Source of the DNA: Yuukianura sp. NJ FZ-2021
Taxonomy: Eukaryota
Reading direction: 5' to 3'
Length of the DNA stretch: 64,000 nucleotides
Assembly: GCA_046563655.1 (NCBI GenBank)
Contig: JAJCTO010000014.1
Location: 124,001-188,000, forward strand
Position numbers and translations under genes: made by a program. Of this stretch, positions 25,201 through 36,709 are shown one piece after another. The notes beneath the pieces were generated by a model that did no database searches, was not told where the DNA came from, and saw only the letters and a program-made list of their open reading frames with translations. Position 1 is the stretch's first letter, and each line of letters opens with the position of its first letter.

Positions 25201-25895
25201 CAGTGTCGCGGTGTTCCGATTCATGAAACGTTGCAATTTCTGCCAAAGTCAATGCGATTGGACGTCTCTTCCGTTCTATTCTGCAAAACTATTCAGAGAT
25301 GTCAAATGTTTGGAACAATTGGGGAACTAACGTTTATTCGCAACGTGGCTTGCCTTTTCAAGCATTCGATGTTTCTGCCTGGTCAATTTGTGGCCTGTGA
25401 AGGAGAACCTGGAAACAAATTGTTCATTATCCACAGCGGAGAAGTGGCTGCCTATGAACGAAACGACAAAGGAGGGACTGACTTTCTCAAAAAATATAAA
25501 CAGGGAGACGTAAAAACCATAATTTAAGAAATTCTTAAAACAGTTTTGGAATCATGTTCTAAATTGGCAGGCTTTTGGAAAAGCAGCGGCGTTCTTCTAT
25601 GGCTCAAACTATGCAAAATCCTACCGAGCTGAAACGTTTACTCAAATTCTGGTTCTGTCGCAGGCGTAAGTGTTATAATTTTTAATATTTAAACAAAAAT
25701 ACGTTCAATATTTGTGCAGGACGAAAATAAGTTTGGAATTTTTTTTTTGATTTGTGTAGGAAAATTCTTCTAATTGCGAAGTACTACCCACGTTGGCAAT
25801 TTTACGTCGAACACTTTATGCACGGAAGACATCAGCATGTACTGCATGATCCAGACTTTCGTCATATATTTAACGAAGCACCGCCGAAAGACTAA
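16207..25895 (+). CDS. Very large multi-exon cyclic-nucleotide-binding ion channel with four tandem (6TM/pore + C-linker + CNBD) repeats; CNGK/tetraKCNG-like
   Basis: Four pore-like segments (LTTTG/KFG ~17390-17475; LTSAGYTE ~19735; FCVGFGDLTP ~22210; TTTGLGEDIVP ~24760). Each is followed by a CNBD (GCIIGEINLL ~18240; AHFGIRDLL ~20600; FFGETDLL ~23275; FGKAAAF ~25575). The linkers I traced splice in frame (e.g. intron ~23465-23532). Not all exon boundaries were resolved. Confidence 0.78.
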
Positions 25896-26229
25896 CGGCA
25901 GCATTCTGGATGTACTGGAACAACTCAAAGCTGGATGCATTGGTTAGAAACGAATTTAGTGAGGCTTCAAACACTAGATGGCTAAGGTACTAATTAGTTT
26001 TTACTAATTTTCTCTATAATTCTATTGCTTAACTCCACCGCATTTAACGCTTTCTGCCTTCACGTGCACCACGTGCCGTTGACGTTTGTAAAGTACGATT
26101 TAAAAATCGATTAAAAATCAAAATCGATCTAAAAACGTCAAACAGCAATTGGGAGGTGGGGTGGGCTAAAAATGAGGTATGTCGATGACCCCAGTCACGT
26201 CAGAGGTCAAAGGTCATGGTCGGGGTCAC

Positions 26230-27757
26230 CGAGGTCAAGTTGGGATCACCGTGGGCAATGGGTTCCTATGACCCGTTATCGCCTTTTCTCTGATGCAGGA
26301 GTCAAATTTGACCTTTGAGACCGATCCTAGGTGACCTCGGTCATGACCTTTTGCCACAACCCTGCCGATCTATCGATCCGACCCGATCCACCACTGACTT
26401 TGGCTCGATTATTTTGGATTCGGTTCAAAACCACTTCCGATCAGTATCGGCAAAGCCAAGACCGAGTTCGGTTTCTATACCGTTCCGAGTATCGAACCGA
26501 ACCAAACCGGTCCAATGGGAAGTATACCTAGATTCTAATTCACTTAGCAAATTTTGCCGTCAAAATACAAAATAATCAAATCGGTTTGAAATGTAACCGA
26601 TCCGACTATACCGGTACCAGGTTCGGTCTTTTTACCGATCCGACTCAACCCCTCAAATGGTACGGGGCGGTAGTCAGAGCTCGGGGAAATCCGCTCCCCG
26701 TAAACACCAATCCCAATTCAAGTCGGGAGCGCAGGCTGTTTCTCGATCATTTCAAGCTCCCGCTCCCCGCTCCTTGTGCAGGGGATCGGATCGGGAGCGC
26801 CGGTTCTCAAAGGATGAAAGCGGTACAAAACCACCGAACCCTGGATGATGATATATTTGTATATAATATAATATATATACATTATATTATTATTATTATT
26901 TATTATTATTATTATATTGTATAATATTGTATCAACATATGATAATATATAGAAATATATTCCAACCACCGCACCCTCCGTGGTGCGGGAGGTATTGATA
27001 TCGGTAAAACGTATTTGAGAGTACCACGCCTAGCGTCACTAGGCAGAGCTCGGGGTGGGGGTTCGGTATACTCCCCTCTCTCCGTTCCAGGGCTTTCCAC
27101 TCACGATGATTTTGGCTTACCGCCCGCTCCCGCTCTGTTATGAGCGGCGAGTCAAAATATCCGAACCCCATGCTTTTAGTATACGGCGCGGTGATCGGGC
27201 GACTCAAATGATTGGACAACAGCCTGCTCTCCCGATCCTCGTCAGCAAGGATCCGGGGGCGGCGCTCCCGATTTGAATTACCATCGAGATCAGGGATCGC
27301 GCGAGAGAGGATTTCCTCGCACTCTGATTACTGCCCCCGCATCCTTTGAGGACTCGATTGGGATTGGCAAAAAGACCGAACCGTGTACCGATATAGTCGG
27401 ATCGGTTACATGTAGAACCGATTTCATGATTTTGACGGCTAGAATTGATAAGTGGAGTAGTACCTAGGCTCAATTTCCAGTGGATCGGTTCGGTTCGGTT
27501 CGATACTCGGAACGGTAGAGAAACCGAACCCGGTTCTGGCTCTGCCGGTACCGGTTCGGAAATTTTTTCGAATAACCGAATCCAAAACAATCGAGCAAAA
27601 GTCGATGATGGATCGGGACGGATCGGATGATCGGCCGGGTAGTGGCAAAAGGTCACCTAGGGCCGGTCTCAAAGGTCAAACTTGAAAGCTGCATCAGAGA
27701 AAGGGCGATAACGGGTCGTAGGAATACAATACCCACGGTGACCCCGACTTGACCTCG
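26230..27757. mobile_element. Non-coding foldback-like element: ~500-bp imperfect inverted arms around an AT-rich core
   Basis: ~26230-26730 is the diverged reverse complement of ~27270-27757 (e.g. CCCGTTATCGCCTTTTCTCTGATGCAG vs CTGCATCAGAGAAAGGGCGATAACGGG). TA/TTA microsatellite at ~26850-26960. No TSD identified. Confidence 0.7.
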
Positions 27758-28632
27758 ACCTTGATCCGGTCTTTCCATAATCCGGATTTCAAACCGATCT
27801 TGTCGGGATTTTCGATCGTGTCGGTAGAAAAACGAATTCTAAATATTTTCCATATAAAAGTAATATTTTATGGCATGTTACACTTTTTTTTCGCTGTTTG
27901 CAAAGGAAAAAATCAAAAAAAATTTTTTTTCAAAATTTTGAGAAAAAATTTCGAAATTTTTTTTTCGAAAAAAATATTTCAATGTGTTTTAAAAATTCTC
28001 GAAAAATCCGGAAATTTTCAGTTGACCCCGAAAAAAGTTTTCTTCAGTCCGAAAATTTCGCGTTGCAATTGTAAACGCTTTGGACCTGGTTGAGTTAATT
28101 AATAACATGATCTTGAGTTTGCTTTTCTTCTTTTGCAGCTAGTGCTTTTTTGTAAGATCTTATACAATTGGTTTCAGATTTTCCTAATCGAAGTCCATTT
28201 CCATTTCTCTTTAAATTCGAAATTTGATTTTTAGTTGCTTTCTATTCGGCATTATTTGTAGAAAATTTGCTGAAACTTAATGCTAAGTTTGATTTATTTT
28301 GGAGTGCTTGCTGTTAATCATTTATTGCTATGATCTTTTAGTAAAATGCAATGTGCTACAAATCATGCAATGTGTTCTGTGTGAAATGCTCTGTACTTTT
28401 CATGTTGAGAAGAGAAGCCAACTCGGTGCCAGCTCATCAACACTTTCCAAGTGGGAAGGCTCAAAATACGGTGTTGTCAATTTACAGATTTCACTTTTTA
28501 CATATTTCTTCATACAGGTGCAGGTGGAGAGACAGACCGGCAGGGAAGACACACCAAGGAGTTATCAGAAGATTTTAATTGATTTAGTTACAGAACTTAA
28601 GTGATTAGTTCATCAAGACCGAATTAGGCAAC

Positions 28633-29623
28633 ATGTCAACCAAGTCGAAACAGTTTACGAGGGAGGAAGAACTGCTGCTCCAAGACTTCAGTCGCAACGT
28701 TTCTACAAAATCCAATGCCCTCTTCTACGGAAATGCCTTCATCGTTTCAGCAATCCCGATCTGTAAGTTATCAAATGATGTGAATGAATGTGGGCAGTCG
28801 AGCCCAATCGATAAGATGTATCGATGGATCAGCTGTTCTGATGTAAATTGTTTCTTTGGTTACTGTAGGGTTGTTCTGGAGAATCCATCTGATGGATATC
28901 ATCACAGCATCACCGATCTTCCTTCTGGTGACCCTTGCCGCCACTTGGCTCATGGCCTTTGCTTACAAAAATACAAAGTTCTCACTCAAGCATAAGGTGA
29001 GTTCAGCTTACTTCACGATTTAATAGAATCTAGATTAGTTGCACTGCACTGGTTTCGCTACGAGTGCTAGGACTATCGGTGGTACTAGCAGAAATCCAAT
29101 TCAAACGATTCAAAGGACCTTTTGTGGCATGTTAGTCTTAATAAACATTGGTCAATCTTTTTGCTTCAGGTGGCAGTAAAACGTGAGGCTGCTGTGACGG
29201 AGGACATGAACAAACGTCTATCAGAAGACAAGAAGATGAGCAAGAAAGAGAAGGATGAACGGTAAGCAGTAGCAGTACTCAGCATTGATTTTATGAAGTG
29301 AAATCGTGATTGTGTTGGTTTAATTGGATGTTTATTTTTCCAGTATTCTCTGGAAGAAGAATGAAGTTGCAGACTACGAAGCTACGACCTTCTCCATCTT
29401 CTATAACAACGCTTTGTTTCTGGCTCTGATCATCTTCTGCAGCTTTTATATCCTCAAATCATTCTCACCCACGGTGTAAGCGATCTTTGAAGTAATTTAT
29501 CACTCTACGCAATTACGTATATGACTTCATCTTGATTTTTTTTCTTTGGTAAACAGAAACTACGTCCTGTCTGTCAGCTTGTCCGGCGGTCTTCTGGCTC
29601 TTCTTTCTACTGGGTCACAATAA
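28633..29623 (+). CDS. SSR3: Translocon-associated protein subunit gamma (TRAP-gamma), 5 coding exons
   Basis: [89 protein letters not shown]; ends [10 protein letters not shown]. Confidence 0.96.
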
Positions 29624-29829
29624 GTTCATCATATATTACTCGTTCTCCCTGTCATGTTCCATTTGAATTCCTTTAGATTAGCTCTTCCTCTCTTTCAATT
29701 CGAAATAATCTACTCTATTAAAAAATCAACATATAGTTTTCCGAACTTCTCAAAAACATTATTATTTGTTTATCTGTGGAGAATAAAACTTATTTACTTA
29801 TGATTCAAGAAAAAACTGCAAAAAAAGAT

Positions 29830-32180
29830 ATGTACTTCAGAAATTCAACTTTCTTCGAATAAAGTGAAATACCTCAACCACAATGTGTGATTTTTTCAAA
29901 ATTTGGTGTTTACATAAAAAAACATGTTTGCATTATCTAAAATTATTAATTTTTCTTATGGCTTTTGGGGAACTCCTAAAAATTTTTACTAGATTTCGCA
30001 TTTTTCAAAATCAGACAAAATTTTGCAAGTGCATTTTTAAAAAACTTTTTGCATGAATAAAGTGAAATACCTAAACCACAATTTGGGATTTTTTCAAAAT
30101 TTGAAATTCGACGGTACGCCTTTTGCAAAATTTTTGACTTTGAAGTAAAAAATGCAAAATCTTGTAACTAACTTCAACCCGTCGATGGAGTTGCAGCAAT
30201 TGCAACAGAGTTCAAATTTTAAGAATTTTCGAAAATGGGAATGGTGCTTGTGTTTTTGAAAGTTTTTGAGAGAGTCTTTTGCATGGGAGGCCTTTGGGAG
30301 AGGAGAAAAGTAGACAGGGGATTGTACGGAGCGAAGAGGCAGGTAGCCCCTCTCTGCTTTTGGGATTTTTGTATGGGAAGGCCACCGGCGGCAAAAAAGT
30401 TGAGGAAGGAGAGGAACCTTTTTGAGTCGCCTAATCTCCGCATAGCTTCGGTCAGTTTCTAAGCACAGCCTTCCCTTCCACAATGCACAATCACTTTCCA
30501 AAATTTCAGAAAATCAAAAAACTTTAAAATGCATATCTCAGGAACGGAATGCAATAAATTGCAAATTTCTTCACGATTGATTTCAGAATGATCTCAAGAA
30601 TATTTTAAATCCATAAAACAGAAATCGAAATTTTTACGAATTTTTAACTAAATTCATGAACAATAGTAGAGTCCATGGACTTGTTCAAATTTCGGCAAAA
30701 TTTTGAAGGTGCTTTTTTGCGAAATTTTTGCACCAAATTACATGAAACACTGCTTTGTAACAACGAACTGAATGCTTGGTTCACAGAAAAATCACTGTAA
30801 AGTTTTGTTTAATAAAAATGAAACTTTTTTCTGAGTTAGGCGCTAGTTAAAATTTTAAATATTTCAGTCCACGCTTTTCATACATGTTTACCTTGCATAA
30901 AATTATTAATTTTTCATATAGCTTGGAGCCACGTTCCTAAAAATTCATTAATCGCGCATTTTTCAAAATTGGAAACAATTTTGAAAGTCCATTTTTTAAA
31001 AACTGTTTGCAACAAATTATTCGAAATGTTGTTTTGCAATTTAACACAAAATTTTTCAGTTTTCTGATTTTAAAAATTTCAGATTTCGCAAATATTAACA
31101 AAACGCTGTTAAAACGTTTATCTTGCCATTTTCAGAATCTTTTGTTACCACAATCGTTTTGTGTTCAGTCATCAATGTCAGGAGAGTAGTAGCTGAAATC
31201 TATGGTATTTCGGTTCCTGTAAGTTAATAAAAGCAAATTTTGAAATTAATTGTGAATTTTCAACTAAGCTTTGGTGAAAGGAATCGAAAAAGTCAAAAAA
31301 AAAAATAAAAGAAAGTGAAATTTTCATTGCTATAACCCGAACGCCGAGTAAAAATTAAAACTTTACTTCGCTGGTATTTTATATAGACAATACAAGGATG
31401 AGATAAAAAATATTTCATGTGGCGTGGAGATAACCCTGAAAAAACCAAAAGTGAAAAATAAATTACATGTGAAAAAACTAAAAAGAATCAAAAAGACATC
31501 TTCCTGTTTATTTTTTTTTAAACAAAAAATTAATAATAATGAATTAATTAATTATTATTAACTATCTTCCTGATTTTCCTGAGTAAACGGTTCAAATAAT
31601 TTTGCAAATAATGTACCTTCAAAATTTTGGCGAAGGGGATTTGTAAAAAAATTAATCAAACTTTTATTTCGGTTTTTTGCACTTCAAATATTCTTGAGAT
31701 CATTATGAATTTAGGCGTGAAGAGATTAGCTCTCTAACACATTCCGTTCATGAGATATGAATTTTTAAAGTTTTCGAATATTCTGAAATTTCGGAAAGAG
31801 ATTTTACACGGTGAAGGGGTAGGCTCTGCTTAAAAACTGACCGGAGTTATCCGGAGATTAGGCGACGCAAAAAGGTTCCTCCCCTTTCTTAACTTTTTTA
31901 CCGCCGGTGGCTTCCCCATACAAATATTCTAAAAAGCAGAGAGGGGCTACCTGCCTCTTCGCTCCGTATAATCCCCTGTCGACTTTCCTCCTCTTCGAAA
32001 GGCCTCCCATGTAAAAGACTCTGTCGACCAATCCCATTTTCGAAAATTCTTAAAATTTGAACGAAAATTTGAAATTTCTGCAACTAACTCCTTCCACCGG
32101 TGCAGGTTGGCGAACAGTAACTTCAAGTAATTTAGTGCAAAGCAAACATTTTGCAAAAAAAAAATCCATCTTCAAAAGTT
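29830..32180. mobile_element. Non-autonomous repeat with long inverted arms (copy 1)
   Basis: ~30170-30620 is inverted relative to ~31690-32100. The whole unit recurs in reverse orientation at ~52460-55970. Ends approximate. Confidence 0.75.
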
Positions 32181-33091
32181 TTGCAATTTTGAGAAAGTTG
32201 CAAAAATTTGTACGTTGCAATCGTTCCATGTTGATAAGAAAGCCTCAAGAGCGTCGTTTTCCTTGTTTTTACACTTTTGAATTCTATTCCGCACTTTGTT
32301 TAGTCTGGTGCACAAATTAGGATTGTTTTTTAAAAACAATTCTGAACATAAACTTCCCGGTTGAGGTAAGGTTTAATGAGCATCCAAATTCCATCCATAA
32401 CGCCCATTTAGTGTTGCTATTAAAACAGGAGCAGGCGGCTACACCTCGGTGGCAACATTTGTAGCCGCTCTAATCTAATCGAAAGTAGCGACATAGTAGT
32501 ACATAGTCGCACATCGTAGCCATTGTAACATCAGCGTAGCCACCCATTGTAGTAGTCGCTTGCTACACTTCACATTACACAATATAGTACGCTGTCTGGT
32601 TGCAACAACTCTTCTTAAACCTTACTTGAACCACCATATCATATAATTTTGTACAGCACTTTACAGGATCTTCTTACAAAAAATATGGCAAGTTTTTCTG
32701 TTATATGTTACAAGCAAACTACGGTTGAGGCGAGTACAATGTGTAATTTCTGTTTTATTGTGCCTCTGCCTTCCCTTCGTGTTTTTTTTCAAATGCAAAA
32801 AATGGAGATACAAACAGAAGAAAAGAAGTGCCTTTATTATGGGCTAAGCAGTCCATGGGATAGGGCACTCCTTAAGCTAAGGAAGTAGAACCGTTTGGTG
32901 ACCCAGTGACCTTTACCCTCTCCAATATCATCTCATCATACGCAGGTCAACGTCCTCTAGCACTTTTTTCCCCGTGTCAAGGCACACGGGTCATTGTAGG
33001 CCCTTAAATTCCTTAATTTGTGTGACCTTTATTCTAAAAATATAAAAGTCAGCTGACTCGAACCCCCAGGAACTTGGAAGGGGGAGGGTGG

Positions 33092-35860
33092 ATGGAGGGA
33101 AAATCAAATTCAGCTGGAAATCGAAATCATATGACTAGGATGGGAGACGTTGTTGTGGTTTCATCCCCTTCGCCTTCACCACTTCATCAGCAGAACTTTG
33201 GAGGAGGTGAGTCGCCAAGAGCAGGCAGTACTTCTACGGTAGCATCAGCGGCACTGGAAATTGCTAAAAGTGTTGTCAGGATGCCAACAATTGCATTTGA
33301 GAAAGTGACGCACGAAGTAGGGTCGGGAGGCCAGGAAGAGAGCGAAGAAGATTTACAAGAGCAATTACTGGGTAAGAACGAGAAAGTTGTTAAAAATGGT
33401 AGGGTTAGGAGACGTCGTTTTTATCGAAATTGGTGTCCTTATTGTATAGGCGGCAATGGAGGAAGGAGGAAAAGTTTTCGAAAGCGTAAGAAATCAATAC
33501 ATGGAGGTGGGAATGATGGGAATTATATGCCACCGTACAAGTCAAGACGAATGTTCATTAGAAGACATATTTCTTGTCCATCCGGACCTGGAGGTGGCGG
33601 AGTCCATAAAACACCGCTGAAGTTTCTTCTGGGTGGAAATGCACACGATCCATTGAACTTGAACGGTCTCGGAGATTCGGATAATGCCGTAACACCAAAA
33701 ACGTCACCAATGCCATTTCCTTCTTCGCACAACTCGGGTGAAATTCCAATTATGATTCCTAAAAATTATCATGATCCGTTGCGCTTGTTGTCAGAAGATG
33801 ACGTAGAGAATACCAGGGATGTAATCGAAGGCATTTTGTCGGTCACTCCGACCGAAACCCAACCACAACCACACCCGCATAAGAGACGTCGTCATCGCAG
33901 AAGAAGCTTGAGAAAGAGAAATGAAAGCGAGTGCAGCGTTGAATCTGCCGGTTCTGACGAAGACGTTGAAAAAGTAGCTGCGGCAGTTATTGCAGAAAAT
34001 CATATCAAGGAACTACGAGACGATGATGAAGTAGATGCGATTCCCATTCAGCAACATTCAGAAATACAACCACAAGCGACTGGTGACATCTCAGAGGATG
34101 GCATCGGCGACAAGGGTCAAGTTCGAGAAAGTTCGAGTTCACAAGCTCAGGAAAAAGAAAAAATGACAACGCCTTCTGATGTCGCTCCAGCAGAGAAAGA
34201 AGTTGTTGCAGTTGAAAGGGAGCCGAGTACATCATATCCATTTCGTGTTTCCAGCGATTATATTCCTTTGTCGTCTCATTATCAACCTTCACCGTTTGTT
34301 TTAGATACCATGAACGAGAATTTTACGGTTTTGCCCTTCGAGTCACCTTCAATGAGTAACTACATGGGTACACAGGACACGTTCACAATTACAGAACCAT
34401 TTTCACCTCCGCCTCGTCCCATGGATGTTATGATTGAGCATCGTGTTCCTTCTGGACACTACGGTCTTGGATGCACCCCTCCAAGAAACGAAATTCAGCG
34501 TCGACAACTTCCTCCGGAACCATCAGTCCAGCAGCAGGCGATGTTCAACCGAAGGTATCGAAATCGACTTGATCCAATTGTGAGTCCGGTTTTCCCGAAT
34601 CTCACTACTGGAAAACGACCATGGGCTTCACACGCACATCTCCGACATCATCACAAGAAACAACATCAGCACCATCCACAGCAACCGAAAGTTGCCGAAG
34701 AGAAGAAGGAAAGTGACAACAAGCAGACGAAGCCAGTAGAGGGCAAGACACTTCATAAATTTCATACGAAGGACAAGATTTTTCGTTTTGGGAATTACAA
34801 CCAGTACTATGGGTATCGAAATGCTGGGCAAGCAGAGGATGCTCGATTGAGAGCATTCAAAAAAGAATGGATCGAAGGAAAGGATGTACTAGACATTGGA
34901 TGTAACGTTGGACATGTGACACTCTGCCTAGGACGGGACTTTGGACCACGCCGGATCCTGGGAATTGACATTGACGGATACTTGATCAAGGTGGCCAAGA
35001 AGAACATCAAGCATTACGTGGATCGAGATCCAAACGACGTGAGTATAAAGTTTCCTCTCGCCCTTTCAATCGTACATGGAAGTCTTCAACCTCCACAGTT
35101 GGAAGCGGCCGTGGGGAAAACACCGGAGTATGGAGGACCGAGTGCTACGCCGACGTCGACCACTGGCAGCCAAGGAGAACGCAAGAGGATTCTGTTTCCG
35201 TACAACGTTGGTTTTCGCCAAGTATGTCTTCAATTTTTTTAGAATTTCACACTTTTTTCTAATTTTTCATGGCAAGATTCTTCTAAACTTTTAATGTTTG
35301 TTTTGAATTTTAGGAAAATTACGTTATGGAAGATGACGACATGCTGTCAACCGTGAAACCCCAGTACGATTGCATCGTTTGTCTCAGCACTACGAAGTGG
35401 GTGCACCTCAATTTCGGAGATGACGGGCTGAAGCGATTTTTTCGGCGAGCATTTTTGAATCTGCGACCTGGAGGAGTCTTTGTTCTGGAGCCACAACCAT
35501 GGACATCGTATCGCAAGAAAAAGAAGTTGACCGTAAGAATCTACACTTTAACTTACCTTATATTTATCAGCTCGATTTAAACGGAATTAACTAAATGTTT
35601 TTTTTTGTTACTTGCAGGAGGAAATTTTCAAAACTTTTCAAAGTATCAAATTCTTCCCGAAGGATTTTGAAGCCTTTCTTTTGAAGGAAGTGGGCTTCTC
35701 ATCTGTTAGCTTAGTTGGAATCCCAGCTCACCACTCCAAAGGCTTTCAGCGACCAATCTATGTGTTCACCAAAGGCGGTACTGCTGCAACTACCTGCAAA
35801 CCACCCACTGAAGAGCACATGGAGATTCCTGACACAGTCGAAGATTCCGCTGTTTCCTGA
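33092..35860 (+). CDS. MEPCE: 7SK snRNA methylphosphate capping enzyme (Bin3 family methyltransferase), 3 exons
   Basis: [76 protein letters not shown]. Exons ~33092-35221, 35314-35532, 35618-35860. The start codon is uncertain. Confidence 0.93.
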
Positions 35861-36709
35861 ATCCGGAGGAAGTAACTAACTAACTCATCTTGCATTTTCA
35901 ACGATAAGTGTGCAGAAATATTTTCAAAGCTGAACATTGGTACCTGGACGCCCTTTTTGTAGTAACGACTTTGTAAATTGCAGAATTTTTGTGTGGGTCT
36001 CTAAATATCAATGTCAGCTTTATTTAGAATTTTTCTTGTAGCCGTTCATTTGCCACGATTTTTTTTTTTGGTTTTCAACTTAAGCCTTCTTTGGTTTCTA
36101 GGTAAATATGGATATATTTATGCATTTGTGACAAATAGAAGTTGAGGATTTTTTCAGTTACGTTTTTCCACTACTACTAGAACTATCGGAAACTATAGTA
36201 ATAACTATAACTATACTTTGATTTTAAATTGTGTAGCACCAGTTTAACACTTCAAGTTTCAAGTAACAATGCTATAATTTACTCGAAAGATACAAATAGC
36301 AAGGATTCCTATAATCTTAAACACTTTGTTGGATTTAACTGTAAGAAATAATGTATTTGCATTTACTAAACTAATTAAAGTAGCAATTTTTGAAAGTTTA
36401 GTACAATTAAAATATGACGGATTGAAATTATTGTGGACTTTTATAATAAGTTTGCATTTTAGGTTAAAAAAAAACCGGACTTTATGCGGCCTGATGCCTG
36501 AGGTACGTAAACCAATCCAATATTTTTAACAATTGTAAAAATTCAATAAATTAACACGTTTTTATTGCATTTTCAGATCGTTGTTGGAGTTGAAGTTTTG
36601 GAAACAACTAAACTACTGTCAGTCCGCGTCGGTCCAGTATGTTCCAGTTTTTTCCAAAAGTTTAGAACAACCAACATTTGCTGCAATTTGACTGGCAGCA
36701 TTTGGTGTT

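Noticed and set aside
26315..27672. Many short overlapping ORFs on both strands
   Set aside because: They mirror each other because of the inverted repeat; no coding signature.
30094..32320. Short ORFs recurring at 53034-56002
   Set aside because: Translations of a non-coding repeat family; frames are not conserved between copies.
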